Shown: positions 13,431 to 23,786 of the stretch, one piece after another
Numbering within the stretch: the first letter of the stretch is position 1
Layout of the letters: each line of letters starts with the position of its first letter
Assembly: GCF_013315695.1 (NCBI RefSeq)
Contig: NZ_CP054353.1
DNA: 64,000 nt
Strand: one strand, 5' to 3'
Source of the DNA: Escherichia coli
GTDB taxonomy: Bacteria > Pseudomonadota > Gammaproteobacteria > Enterobacterales > Enterobacteriaceae
Made by a program: the position numbers and the translations under genes
Notes under the pieces: model-generated
Databases searched by the model: none
What the model was told of the DNA's origin: nothing
The model's input: only the letters and a program-made list of their open reading frames with translations

Positions 13431-14201
13431 TTATTTTTTAAAGGTATCAGCCAGTTTCTGAGTGGCAGAGCGGAAGACGCCGAGATCGCTGCCGACAGCC
13501 ACAAACGTCGCACCCCATTCCAGATAACGACGCGCATCGGCTTCGACCGGTGCGAGGATACCGCTGGGTTTGCCGTGCGCACTGGCACGGTTAAAAATAT
13601 GCTGAATTGCTTTTTGTACATCCGGGTGCGAGGCATTGCCGAGATGGCCGAATGCCGCAGCCAGATCGCTGGGGCCGACGAAGATACCGTCTACGCCTTC
13701 GGTAGCGGCAATGGCATCGACGTTATCTACGCCCTGCTGACTTTCTATCTGGACCAGAATGGTGATGTTCTTGTTCGACTGAGCGAAATAATCCGCCACG
13801 GTGCCAAACATATTGGCGCGGTGAGAAACGGAGACGCCGCGAATGCCTTCCGGTGGGTAACGGGTTGATGCCACCGCCTGCTCTGCTTCCTCTTTTGTTT
13901 CTACAAAAGGAATCAAGAAGTTATAGAAACCGATATCCAGAAGACGCTTTATAATTACCGGCTCGTTGGTCGGCACTCGCACTACTGGCGCGCTGGCGCT
14001 GCCTTTCAGGGCCATTAACTGCGGAATAAACGTGGAGATATCGTTTGGCGCATGTTCGCCATCCAGCACCAGCCAGTCAAACCCAGCCAAACCAAGAACT
14101 TCAGTGCTAATCGGGTTAGAGAGTGCTGACCAGCAACCAATTTGTACCTGTTTCGCAGCCAGTGCGGCTTTGAATTTATTCGGGAAAACATCGTTATTCA
14201 T
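13431..14201 (-). CDS. garL: 5-keto-4-deoxy-D-glucarate aldolase GarL
   Basis: 256-aa [38 protein letters not shown]... Confidence 0.9.
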   Translation of the reverse strand: MNNDVFPNKFKAALAAKQVQIGCWSALSNPISTEVLGLAGFDWLVLDGEHAPNDISTFIPQLMALKGSASAPVVRVPTNEPVIIKRLLDIGFYNFLIPFVETKEEAEQAVASTRYPPEGIRGVSVSHRANMFGTVADYFAQSNKNITILVQIESQQGVDNVDAIAATEGVDGIFVGPSDLAAAFGHLGNASHPDVQKAIQHIFNRASAHGKPSGILAPVEADARRYLEWGATFVAVGSDLGVFRSATQKLADTFKK

Positions 14202-14216
14202 CGCTTATACCTTTGC

Positions 14217-15551
14217 TTATTTCTGCAATTCCATACGTTTAATGTCGCCAACTACGAAGAGGTAGCAGACCATCGCCATCAGCGCTGAACATCCCACGAA
14301 AACCAGTGCTGCATTGAAGGAGTGCAGTTCACTTACCAGGTAGCCAATCACCAGTGGAGTGACAATGGAGGCAACATTGCCAAAGACGTTAAAGACGCCG
14401 CCGCAGAGACCAACAATCTCTTTCGGCGCGGTGTCAGAAATCACTGGCCAGCCCAGCGCACCAAATCCTTTGCCAAAGAAAGCCAGCGCCATCAGCATGA
14501 CCACCAGCGTGGTGTTGTTGGTGTAGTTACATAAGATGATGGTGGAAGCCAGCAACATTCCCAGCACAATCGGTAGCTTACGTGCCAGGGTCAGGGATAA
14601 ACCGCGTTTGATCAGATAATCCGAGAAGACACCTCCCAGCACGCCGCCCGCAAAGCCACACAGTGCCGGAATCGAGGCGACCAGACCCACTTTCAGAATC
14701 GACATGCCTTTTTCCTGCACCAGATAAATTGGGAACCAGGTGAGGAAGAACCAGGTGATGGTGTTGATAAAATATTGTCCGAAAAATACGCCCAGCATCA
14801 TGCGGTTAGAGAGCAATTGCTTGATGTAATGCAGTTTGGGACCGCTTGCTGCCGCACTGCCCGGCTTTTTGTGGTCCATATCGACCACCGCGCCATTTTC
14901 TGAGATAAACTTCAGCTCTTCCGCAGACATACGTGGGTGATCTGTCGGGTTATGAATCAACTTGATCCACAGCGCCGTCAGCACAAAACCAATCACCCCC
15001 ATAACGGTGAAGACGTGCTCCCAGCCCCAGGCGAAAGTCAGCCAGCCAAGCAGCGGCGAAAAGAGCGCCAGCGAGAAATATTGCGCCGAGTTAAAGATGG
15101 CGGAGGCAGTACCACGTTCTTTTGTCGGAAACCAGGCGGCGACAATACGGGCGTTCGCCGGGAATGATGGCGCTTCCGAGAAGCCGAGCATAAAGCGCAT
15201 AAAGAACATGGAGATCCCTGCCCAGGCCAGCGGGAACATATCAACAAAGCCTTGCAGGAAGGTGAACAGCGACCAGAAAAAGAGGCTGTAGGTGTAAACT
15301 TTTTTCGAGCCAAACTTATCAAGCAGCCAGCCGCCGGGAATTTGCATCAGCAGGTAGGCCCAGCCAAAAGCGGAGAAGATGTAACCCATCGAAACCGCAC
15401 TTAACTGCAACTCTTTTGCCACTTCGGTACCAGCAATAGACAGCGTTGCACGATCGGCGTAGTTAACGGCGGTAACAATAAAAATAATCAGTAATATTAA
15501 ATAGCGGGTATGCACGCCTTTCTTTTTTACGTCAACGGTGTCCAGAATCAT
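14217..15551 (-). CDS. garP: galactarate/glucarate MFS transporter GarP
   Basis: 444-aa multi-pass membrane ORF MILDTVDVKKKGVHTRYLILLIIF... Confidence 0.9.
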   Translation of the reverse strand: MILDTVDVKKKGVHTRYLILLIIFIVTAVNYADRATLSIAGTEVAKELQLSAVSMGYIFSAFGWAYLLMQIPGGWLLDKFGSKKVYTYSLFFWSLFTFLQGFVDMFPLAWAGISMFFMRFMLGFSEAPSFPANARIVAAWFPTKERGTASAIFNSAQYFSLALFSPLLGWLTFAWGWEHVFTVMGVIGFVLTALWIKLIHNPTDHPRMSAEELKFISENGAVVDMDHKKPGSAAASGPKLHYIKQLLSNRMMLGVFFGQYFINTITWFFLTWFPIYLVQEKGMSILKVGLVASIPALCGFAGGVLGGVFSDYLIKRGLSLTLARKLPIVLGMLLASTIILCNYTNNTTLVVMLMALAFFGKGFGALGWPVISDTAPKEIVGLCGGVFNVFGNVASIVTPLVIGYLVSELHSFNAALVFVGCSALMAMVCYLFVVGDIKRMELQK

Positions 15552-15993
15552 TTTATTTACCTCGGGTACTTATGCTGATTTTTATTATTATGGGGAAGGT
15601 GTTATTTATGAGTTTTATTTATGCCGTTACGGCAATGAACTCGGGAATTAGTATAATCAGCGCGAGAATAATAATCATTGTGCAAATGCTAATTTAATTA
15701 ATACTATTTAAATATTATTTTGAGCATATGCACATAAGGTTGCGCGCTAAAGCACAGATTTGCGCTTTACCTTGCCGGGCGGCACTGCAATCCCTGAAAT
15801 GATTGACATTGATCACATTTCTGCGTTTAAACTCCTGACATTCTTATTTCACCCAATGAAGTAATTTATTTTTAAATGAGACCAGGTCCTCATTTTAATA
15901 ACCCCTGGCTGGAGAATATTGCACAATGGCCAACATCGAAATCAGACAAGAAACGCCAACTGCGTTTTATATAAAAGTTCACGACACAGATAA

Positions 15994-16002
15994 TGTGGCA
16001 AT
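15994..16002. repeat. left copy of 9-bp IS1 target-site duplication TGTGGCAAT
   Basis: Identical 9-mer directly flanks both IS1 ends (15994..16002 and 16771..16779). Confidence 0.9.
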
Positions 16003-16017
16003 GGTAATGACTCCAAC

Positions 16018-16521
16018 TTATTGATAGTGTTTTATGTTCAGATAATGCCCGATGACTTTGTCATGCAGCTCCACCGATTTTGAGAACGACAGCGACTTCC
16101 GTCCCAGCCGTGCCAGGTGCTGCCTCAGATTCAGGTTATGCCGCTCAATTCGCTGCGTATATCGCTTGCTGATTACGTGCAGCTTTCCCTTCAGGCGGGA
16201 TTCATACAGCGGCCAGCCATCCGTCATCCATATCACCACGTCAAAGGGTGACAGCAGGCTCATAAGACGCCCCAGCGTCGCCATAGTGCGTTCACCGAAT
16301 ACGTGCGCAACAACCGTCTTCCGGAGCCTGTCATACGCGTAAAACAGCCAGCGCTGGCGCGATTTAGCCCCGACATAGCCCCACTGTTCGTCCATTTCCG
16401 CGCAGACGATGACGTCACTGCCCGGCTGTATGCGCGAGGTTACCGACTGCGGCCTGAGTTTTTTAAGTGACGTAAAATCGTGTTGAGGCCAACGCCCATA
16501 ATGCGGGCTGTTGCCCGGCAT
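16018..16521 (-). CDS. insB: IS1 InsB (transposase C-terminal part; expressed as InsAB' by -1 frameshift)
   Basis: 167-aa [56 protein letters not shown]... Confidence 0.93.
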
Positions 16522-16715
16522 CCAACGCCATTCATGGCCATATCAATGATTTTCTGGTGCGTACCGGGTTGAGAAGCGGTGTAAGTGAACTGCAGTTGCC
16601 ATGTTTTACGGCAGTGAGAGCAGAGATAGCGCTGATGTCCGGCGGTGCTTTTGCCGTTACGCACCACCCCGTCAGTAGCTGAACAGGAGGGACAGCTGAT
16701 AGAAACAGAAGCCAC
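16440..16715 (-). CDS. insA: IS1 InsA (transposition repressor / transposase N-terminal part)
   Basis: 91-aa [45 protein letters not shown]... with zinc-finger-like Cys pairs. Confidence 0.93.
16458..16466 (-). promoter_or_regulatory. IS1 programmed -1 ribosomal frameshift site (A6C motif)
   Basis: Plus strand GTTTTTTAA is the reverse complement of TTAAAAAAC in the insA/insB overlap. Confidence 0.7.
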
Positions 16716-16770
16716 TGGAGCACCTCAAAAACACAATCATACACTAAATCAGTAAGTTGGCAGCATCACC

Positions 16771-16779
16771 TGTGGCAAT
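16771..16779. repeat. right copy of 9-bp IS1 target-site duplication TGTGGCAAT
   Basis: See left copy. Confidence 0.9.
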
Positions 16780-18422
16780 TATTGTTAATGATAATGGCCT
16801 GAAAGCAGGAACGCGTTTTCCGGATGAGCTGGAATTAATTGAACATATTCCCCAGGGGCATAAAGTCGCATTGCTGGACATTCCAGCTAATGGTGAAATT
16901 ATTCGTTATGGCGAAGTGATTGGTTACGCCGTGCGCGCAATCCCACGCGGAAGCTGGATCGACGAATCAATGGTTGTACTACCGGAAGCGCCGCCGTTAC
17001 ACACGCTGCCACTGGCAACCAAAGTCCCGGAACCCTTACCGCCGCTGGAAGGATACACCTTTGAGGGCTATCGCAATGCCGATGGCAGCGTGGGCACTAA
17101 AAACCTGCTCGGCATCACCACCAGCGTCCACTGTGTAGCAGGCGTGGTGGACTATGTAGTAAAAATCATTGAACGCGATCTGCTACCGAAATACCCGAAC
17201 GTCGATGGCGTGGTGGGGCTGAATCATTTGTACGGCTGTGGCGTGGCGATTAACGCACCGGCGGCAGTTGTGCCTATTCGTACCATCCACAATATTTCGC
17301 TGAACCCTAACTTTGGCGGCGAAGTAATGGTGATTGGTCTGGGTTGTGAAAAGTTGCAGCCTGAGCGCCTGCTGACTGGAACGGATGATGTGCAAGCTAT
17401 TCCAGTAGAAAGCGCCAGCATTGTCAGTTTGCAGGATGAAAAGCATGTCGGCTTTCAGTCCATGGTCGAGGATATTTTGCAGGTCGCCGAACGCCATTTG
17501 CACAAACTGAATCGACGGCAGCGAGAAACCTGTCCGGCTTCAGAACTGGTTGTTGGCATGCAGTGCGGTGGCAGCGATGCGTTTTCTGGCGTAACGGCAA
17601 ACCCGGCGGTTGGGTATGCGTCTGATCTACTGGTGCGCTGCGGCGCAACGGTGATGTTTTCAGAAGTCACGGAAGTGCGTGACGCGATCCATCTGCTGAC
17701 ACCACGCGCAGTGAACGAAGAGGTCGGCAAACGGCTGCTGGAGGAGATGGAGTGGTACGATAACTATCTCAATATGGGAAAAACCGACCGCAGCGCCAAC
17801 CCTTCGCCGGGCAACAAGAAAGGCGGTCTGGCAAATGTGGTGGAGAAAGCGCTCGGCTCCATTGCTAAATCGGGTAAAAGTGCAATTGTTGAAGTGCTGT
17901 CGCCCGGCCAACGCCCGACTAAACGCGGATTAATTTACGCCGCGACGCCAGCCAGCGATTTTGTCTGTGGCACGCAACAGGTGGCTTCGGGTATCACCGT
18001 GCAAGTGTTTACGACCGGTCGCGGTACGCCGTACGGCCTGATGGCGGTACCCGTCATTAAAATGGCAACCCGCACCGAGCTGGCGAACCGCTGGTTTGAT
18101 TTAATGGATATTAATGCGGGCACCATCGCTACCGGCGAAGAAACTATTGAAGAGGTGGGCTGGAAGTTGTTCCACTTTATTCTCGACGTCGCCAGCGGGA
18201 AGAAGAAAACCTTCTCAGATCAATGGGGACTGCATAACCAGCTGGCGGTGTTTAACCCAGCACCGGTGACCTGATTTCTTTTGGAACGTCCCTCGCAAAA
18301 CATGGCCTTAGTGCCATGTTTTTATTGTTTAAAGTCCCCACGTCCATTAATAATGCATTTGCATTACCTTAGTTCAAGCTTATAATTTGAGCAGAAAACA
18401 GGCTGTAAAAGGACAGTGAATC

Positions 18423-18758
18423 ATGCCCGCTAATGCTCGCTCTCACGCTGTACTGACCACTGAATCAAAGGTCACGATACGCGGACAAACAACTATCCCC
18501 GCGCCAGTGCGTGAGGCCTTAAAACTGAAGCCAGGCCTGGACAGCATTCATTACGAAATTCTGCCTGGTGGGCAAGTATTTATGTGCCGACTGGGAGATG
18601 AACAGGAGGATCATACTATGAATGCATTTTTGCGTTTTCTGGATGCAGATATCCAGAACAACCCGCAAATAACTCGTCCATTCAACATTCAACAAGGAAA
18701 GAAACTTGTCGCAGGCATGGACGTCAACATTGATGATGAGATTGGCGACGACGAATAA
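18423..18758 (+). CDS. prlF: type II antitoxin PrlF (SohA)
   Basis: 111-aa ORF MPANARSHAVLTTESKVTIRGQTTIPAPVREALKL... (AbrB/SpoVT-like swapped-hairpin N-terminus), immediately upstream of yhaV. Confidence 0.88.
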   Translation: MPANARSHAVLTTESKVTIRGQTTIPAPVREALKLKPGLDSIHYEILPGGQVFMCRLGDEQEDHTMNAFLRFLDADIQNNPQITRPFNIQQGKKLVAGMDVNIDDEIGDDE

Positions 18759-19222
18759 TGGATTTTCCACAAAGGGTTAATGGTTGGGCGCTATATGCTC
18801 ATCCCTGTTTTCAGGAAACCTACGACGCTTTAGTTGCCGAAGTTGAGACATTAAAGGGAAAAGATCCTGAAAATTATCAGAGAAAAGCCGCCACAAAGTT
18901 ATTGGCGGTAGTCCATAAAGTGATTGAGGAGCATATCACGGTCAATCCATCATCACCGGCATTCCGTCATGGCAAGTCGTTAGGCTCTGGGAAAAATAAA
19001 GACTGGTCACGGGTAAAATTTGGTGCTGGTCGTTATCGTCTCTTCTTTCGTTATAGTGAAAAAGAGAAAGTCATCATTCTGGGATGGATGAACGATGAAA
19101 ACACTCTGCGCACCTACGGTAAAAAAACAGATGCCTATACCGTATTCAGCAAAATGTTAAAAAGAGGACATCCTCCTGCCGACTGGGAAACCCTCACCCG
19201 AGAGACAGAAGAAACCCATTGA
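18758..19222 (+). CDS. yhaV: type II toxin YhaV (ribonuclease)
   Basis: 154-aa ORF MDFPQRVNGWALYAHPCFQETYDAL...; start overlaps prlF stop by 1 nt (ATGA). Confidence 0.88.
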   Translation: MDFPQRVNGWALYAHPCFQETYDALVAEVETLKGKDPENYQRKAATKLLAVVHKVIEEHITVNPSSPAFRHGKSLGSGKNKDWSRVKFGAGRYRLFFRYSEKEKVIILGWMNDENTLRTYGKKTDAYTVFSKMLKRGHPPADWETLTRETEETH

Positions 19223-19276
19223 TGGTGTTCACAATGCCCGCCGAACGCATTCGTGTTGACCAGCGGGCACCCTTTC

Positions 19277-20086
19277 TCACTCCCCGACCAGAATCACTTC
19301 AACCCCAGCCTTTCGCAGTCCTTCCAGACTATCCGCAGGAATGCCTTCATCAACAATGATCATGTCGATACGTTGAGTATCAATGATCTTATGTAAACTG
19401 GAACGGTTGAACTTACTGGAATCGGTGACCACGATGATCCGTTCCGCAACTTCGCACATCCGACGGTTTAAACGGGCTTCATCTTCATTATGCGTGCTGA
19501 CGCCGCGCTCCAGATCGATCGCATCTACGCCAAGAAACAGCATATCGAAGTGGTAATTTTGCAGCGATTGTTCAGCCTGATCGCCGTAAAAAGATTGCGA
19601 CTGACGGCGCAAATGCCCGCCGGTCATCAGCAGCTCAACGCCTTCCGCTTCCAGCAACGCATTAGCCACGTTCATACCGTTGGTCATCGCAATTACGTCA
19701 GTGTGCTTGCGCATCAGACGAGCAATCTCAAAAGTGGTGGTCCCGGAATCGAGGATTACCCGATGACCTGGCTGAATCAACTCAACGGCAGCTTTCGCAA
19801 CGCTGCGTTTCATTGCGGTGTTCAGCGCGCTTTTATCTTCCACTGATGGCTCGACTGACGGCGTCGTGCTATCGCAGATCAACGCGCCGCCATAGGCACG
19901 CACAGCGATCCCCTGCTTTTCCAGAAACGCCAGATCGTTGCGGATCGTCACAGTAGATACACCATACAACGCCGATAGATCATTAACTTGCACACTTCCT
20001 TGCTGGCGCAGGCGTTGAATAATCTGCTCTCGTCGCTCACTGGTGCCTGTCACTCGCTTCTCGCCTGAAGCGTCGGTATTACTCAT
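19277..20086 (-). CDS. agaR: DeoR-family repressor AgaR of the aga regulon
   Basis: 269-aa ORF with N-terminal HTH ([39 protein letters not shown]) and DeoR C-terminal domain. Confidence 0.9.
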
Positions 20087-20099
20087 AGTAAGTCCTTTC

Positions 20100-20305
20100 G
20101 TAAAACTTTCGTTTCATTTCGTTTTGCCTATTAACGCCTTTCTATTAAGCAAATGCAAGCCCACCTTACCCATTGGCGCAAGCTACTCTCGTTTCAGTGG
20201 CTTTCATTATGTTTCTTTTGTGAATCAGATCAGAAAACCATTATCTTTCGTTTTATTTTTATCTCACCATGGCGCAGTATCAACTGAAACAAAACGAAAG
20301 ATTAA
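20100..20305. promoter_or_regulatory. agaR/kbaZ divergent control region with repeated AgaR operator-like motifs
   Basis: CTTTCGTTTCATTTCGTTTTG (20106..20126), TTATCTTTCGTTTTATTTT (20241..20259) and inverted GAAACAAAACGAAAG (20286..20300). Confidence 0.6.
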
Positions 20306-20334
20306 TATCGCAGTAATCTGAACTGGAGAGGAAA

Positions 20335-21615
20335 GTGAAACATCTGACAGAAATGGTGAGACAGCACAAAGAGGGCAAAACAAATGGGATTTATGCCGTT
20401 TGTTCCGCACATCCGCTGGTGCTGGAAGCTGCAATCCGCTACGCCAGTGCAAACCAAACGCCGTTACTGATTGAAGCAACCTCCAATCAGGTGGACCAGT
20501 TCGGCGGTTATACCGGAATGACGCCCGCCGATTTTCGCGGCTTTGTTTGTCAGCTCGCCGACTCGTTGAATTTCCCACAGGATGCGTTGATTCTGGGTGG
20601 CGACCATCTGGGGCCAAACCGCTGGCAAAACCTGCCTGCCGCTCAGGCAATGGCCAATGCCGATGATTTGATTAAAAGCTACGTGGCGGCAGGATTCAAA
20701 AAAATTCACCTTGATTGCAGCATGTCCTGTCAGGACGATCCGATTCCCTTAACTGATGACATCGTGGCCGAACGCGCCGCTCGTCTGGCGAAAGTGGCGG
20801 AAGAAACCTGCCGTGAACATTTTGGCGCGGCCGATCTGGAGTATGTCATTGGTACCGAAGTACCGGTACCTGGCGGCGCGCATGAAACCTTAAGCGAGCT
20901 GGCGGTCACCACGCCGGATGCCGCCCGCGCCACGCTGGAAGCCCATCGTCACGCCTTTGAAAAGCAAGGTCTGAGTGCCATCTGGCCACGCATCATTGCT
21001 CTGGTGGTACAACCCGGCGTCGAATTCGATCACACCAACGTTATTGATTATCAGCCCGTCAAAGCGACCGCCTTAAGCCAGATGGTCGAAAACTACGAAA
21101 CGCTGATTTTCGAAGCGCACTCTACCGATTACCAAACGCCGCAATCGCTGCGCCAGCTGGTGATTGACCACTTTGCCATTCTGAAAGTTGGCCCGGCGCT
21201 GACCTTCGCCCTGCGTGAAGCTCTGTTCTCTCTGGCGGCGATTGAAGAAGAACTGGTACCAGCAAAAGCCTGTTCTGGTCTGCGTCAGGTGCTGGAAAAC
21301 GTGATGCTCGACCGCCCGGAATACTGGCAAAGCCACTACCACGGTGACGGCAACGCGCGTCGTCTGGCGCGTGGTTATAGCTACTCGGATCGCGTGCGCT
21401 ATTACTGGCCGGACAGCCAGATTGATGACGCTTTCGCTCATCTGGTTCGTAATCTGGCGGATTCACCAATTCCGCTACCGCTGATCAGCCAGTATTTGCC
21501 GCTGCAGTACGTGAAAGTTCGCTCCGGCGAGCTGCAGCCAACGCCACGGGAACTCATTATCAACCATATTCAGGACATCCTGGCGCAGTACCACACAGCC
21601 TGTGAAGGCCAATAA
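20335..21615 (+). CDS. kbaZ: tagatose-1,6-bisphosphate aldolase non-catalytic subunit KbaZ (AgaZ)
   Basis: 426-aa ORF from [39 protein letters not shown]... Confidence 0.9.
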   Translation: MKHLTEMVRQHKEGKTNGIYAVCSAHPLVLEAAIRYASANQTPLLIEATSNQVDQFGGYTGMTPADFRGFVCQLADSLNFPQDALILGGDHLGPNRWQNLPAAQAMANADDLIKSYVAAGFKKIHLDCSMSCQDDPIPLTDDIVAERAARLAKVAEETCREHFGAADLEYVIGTEVPVPGGAHETLSELAVTTPDAARATLEAHRHAFEKQGLSAIWPRIIALVVQPGVEFDHTNVIDYQPVKATALSQMVENYETLIFEAHSTDYQTPQSLRQLVIDHFAILKVGPALTFALREALFSLAAIEEELVPAKACSGLRQVLENVMLDRPEYWQSHYHGDGNARRLARGYSYSDRVRYYWPDSQIDDAFAHLVRNLADSPIPLPLISQYLPLQYVKVRSGELQPTPRELIINHIQDILAQYHTACEGQ

Positions 21616-21637
21616 GCAAAACAAAGAGGAACACGCT

Positions 21638-22111
21638 ATGCCAAATATTGTTTTAAGTCGGATTGATGAACGCTTGATTCACGGTCAGGTCGGCGTTCAG
21701 TGGGTCGGATTTGCGGGGGCAAATCTGGTGCTGGTAGCCAACGACGAGGTTGCCGAAGATCCGGTACAACAAAACCTGATGGAAATGGTACTGGCAGAAG
21801 GGATCGCCGTACGTTTCTGGACGCTGCAAAAAGTCATCGACAACATTCATCGCGCCGCCGATCGACAGAAAATCCTGCTGGTTTGTAAAACACCTGCCGA
21901 TTTCCTGACGCTGGTGAAAGGTGGCGTTCCGGTGAATCGCATTAACGTTGGCAATATGCACTACGCCAATGGCAAGCAACAAATCGCCAAAACGGTTTCT
22001 GTGGATGCGGGTGATATCGCAGCATTTAACGACCTGAAAGCCGCTGGGGTGGAATGCTTCGTTCAGGGCGTCCCGACAGAGCCTGCTGTGGACCTCTTTA
22101 AATTACTTTGA
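21638..22111 (+). CDS. agaV: N-acetylgalactosamine PTS EIIB component AgaV
   Basis: ORF 21602..22111; start taken at MPNIVLSRIDERLIHGQVGVQWVG (157 aa), mannose-family IIB. Confidence 0.9.
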   Translation: MPNIVLSRIDERLIHGQVGVQWVGFAGANLVLVANDEVAEDPVQQNLMEMVLAEGIAVRFWTLQKVIDNIHRAADRQKILLVCKTPADFLTLVKGGVPVNRINVGNMHYANGKQQIAKTVSVDAGDIAAFNDLKAAGVECFVQGVPTEPAVDLFKLL

Positions 22112-22121
22112 GGGATTCATC

Positions 22122-22901
22122 ATGGAAATCAGTCTGTTGCAGGCATTCGCGTTGGGCATTATCGCCTTTATCGCTGGCCTGGATATGTTTAACGGCCTAA
22201 CCCATATGCACCGCCCGGTGGTCCTCGGCCCGTTGGTCGGACTGGTACTTGGCGATCTGCATACCGGTATTTTAACCGGCGGTACGCTGGAACTGGTGTG
22301 GATGGGGCTGGCCCCGCTGGCGGGCGCACAGCCGCCTAACGTGATTATCGGTACTATCGTCGGCACGGCGTTTGCCATTACTACTGGCGTGAAACCCGAT
22401 GTCGCGGTCGGTGTCGCCGTACCTTTCGCTGTCGCAGTACAGATGGGGATTACCTTCCTGTTCTCGGTGATGTCCGGCGTGATGTCCCGCTGCGACCGGA
22501 TGGCGGAGAACGCCGATACACGCGGCATTGAACGCGTGAACTATCTGGCACTGCTGGCACTCGGCACGTTCTATTTTCTCTGCGCTTTCCTGCCTATCTA
22601 CTTCGGCGCAGAACATGCAAAAACCATCATTGATGTCCTGCCGCAACGATTAATCGACGGCCTCGGCGTCGCGGGCGGCATCATGCCAGCAATCGGTTTT
22701 GCCGTGTTGCTGAAAATCATGATGAAAAACGTCTACATCCCCTACTTCATCCTGGGCTTTGTTGCCGCAGCCTGGCTCAAGTTACCGGTGTTGGCTATTG
22801 CTGCCGCTGCGCTGGCGATGGCGCTGATCGACTTGCTGCGTAAATCTCCTGAACCGACTCAACCTGCGGCACAGAAAGAGGAATTTGAAGATGGCATCTA
22901 A
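22122..22901 (+). CDS. agaW: N-acetylgalactosamine PTS EIIC component AgaW, full length
   Basis: 259-aa membrane ORF MEISLLQAFALGIIAFIAGLDMFNG...; K-12 has only a truncated remnant. Confidence 0.88.
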   Translation: MEISLLQAFALGIIAFIAGLDMFNGLTHMHRPVVLGPLVGLVLGDLHTGILTGGTLELVWMGLAPLAGAQPPNVIIGTIVGTAFAITTGVKPDVAVGVAVPFAVAVQMGITFLFSVMSGVMSRCDRMAENADTRGIERVNYLALLALGTFYFLCAFLPIYFGAEHAKTIIDVLPQRLIDGLGVAGGIMPAIGFAVLLKIMMKNVYIPYFILGFVAAAWLKLPVLAIAAAALAMALIDLLRKSPEPTQPAAQKEEFEDGI

Positions 22902-23769
22902 TCAAACTACCCTGCCGAACGTCAGTGAAAACGAAGAAACACTGCTGACTGGCGTCAATGAAAACGTGTATGAAGATCAGAGTATTGGCGCGGAGCTGAC
23001 GAAAAAAGATATCAACCGCGTCGCCTGGCGTTCCATGCTGTTACAAGCGTCTTTTAACTACGAACGTATGCAGGCTTCCGGCTGGTTGTACGGTCTGCTG
23101 CCTGCTCTGAAAAAGATCCACACTAATAAACGCGACCTGGCGCGCGCCATGAAGGGGCATATGGGTTTCTTCAATACCCATCCGTTTCTGGTGACGTTTG
23201 TTATCGGCATTATCCTTGCGATGGAGCGTTCTAAGCAGGACGTTAACAGTATTCAGAGCACCAAAATTGCCGTCGGTGCGCCGCTCGGCGGGATTGGCGA
23301 TGCGATGTTCTGGCTAACGCTACTGCCGATTTGTGGCGGGATAGGCGCAAGCCTCGCGCTACAAAGCTCTATTCTTGGCGCAGTCGTCTTTATTGTGCTG
23401 TTCAACGTGGCGCATCTCGGTTTGCGTTTTGGTCTTGCACATTATGCTTACCGCATGGGCGTGGCGGCGATTCCACTCATTAAAGCAAATACCAAAAAAG
23501 TCGGCCATGCGGCATCTATCGTTGGGATGACGGTAATCGGCGCGCTGGTGGCAACCTATGTTCGTTTAAGCACCACGCTGGAAATCACAGCGGGCGACGC
23601 AGTGGTTAAGTTACAGGCTGATGTTATCGACAAACTGATGCCTGCCTTCTTACCACTGGTCTACACCCTGACCATGTTCTGGCTGGTACGCCGCGGCTGG
23701 AGTCCGCTGCGCCTGATTGCGATTACCGTGGTTCTCGGCATCGTCGGTAAATTCTGCCATTTCCTTTAA
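22885..23769 (+). CDS. agaE: N-acetylgalactosamine PTS EIID component AgaE
   Basis: 294-aa membrane ORF, mannose-family IID; overlaps agaW stop; absent from K-12. Confidence 0.85.
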   Translation: MKMASNQTTLPNVSENEETLLTGVNENVYEDQSIGAELTKKDINRVAWRSMLLQASFNYERMQASGWLYGLLPALKKIHTNKRDLARAMKGHMGFFNTHPFLVTFVIGIILAMERSKQDVNSIQSTKIAVGAPLGGIGDAMFWLTLLPICGGIGASLALQSSILGAVVFIVLFNVAHLGLRFGLAHYAYRMGVAAIPLIKANTKKVGHAASIVGMTVIGALVATYVRLSTTLEITAGDAVVKLQADVIDKLMPAFLPLVYTLTMFWLVRRGWSPLRLIAITVVLGIVGKFCHFL

Positions 23770-23786
23770 ATACAATGAGGTATTAG

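Larger units (their letters stand above)
16003..16770 (-). mobile_element. IS1 insertion sequence copy 1 (768 bp), insA/insB on minus strand
   Basis: Ends GGTAATGACTCCAACTTATTGATAG...GTAAGTTGGCAGCATCACC; contains insA and insB ORFs and the frameshift motif. Confidence 0.95.
15926..18274 (+). pseudogene. garD: galactarate dehydratase garD, interrupted after codon 25 by IS1
   Basis: 15926..16002 encodes MANIEIRQETPTAFYIKVHDTDNVA; reading frame resumes at 16772 ([16 protein letters not shown]...) and runs to 18274; 768-bp IS1 lies between. Confidence 0.88.
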
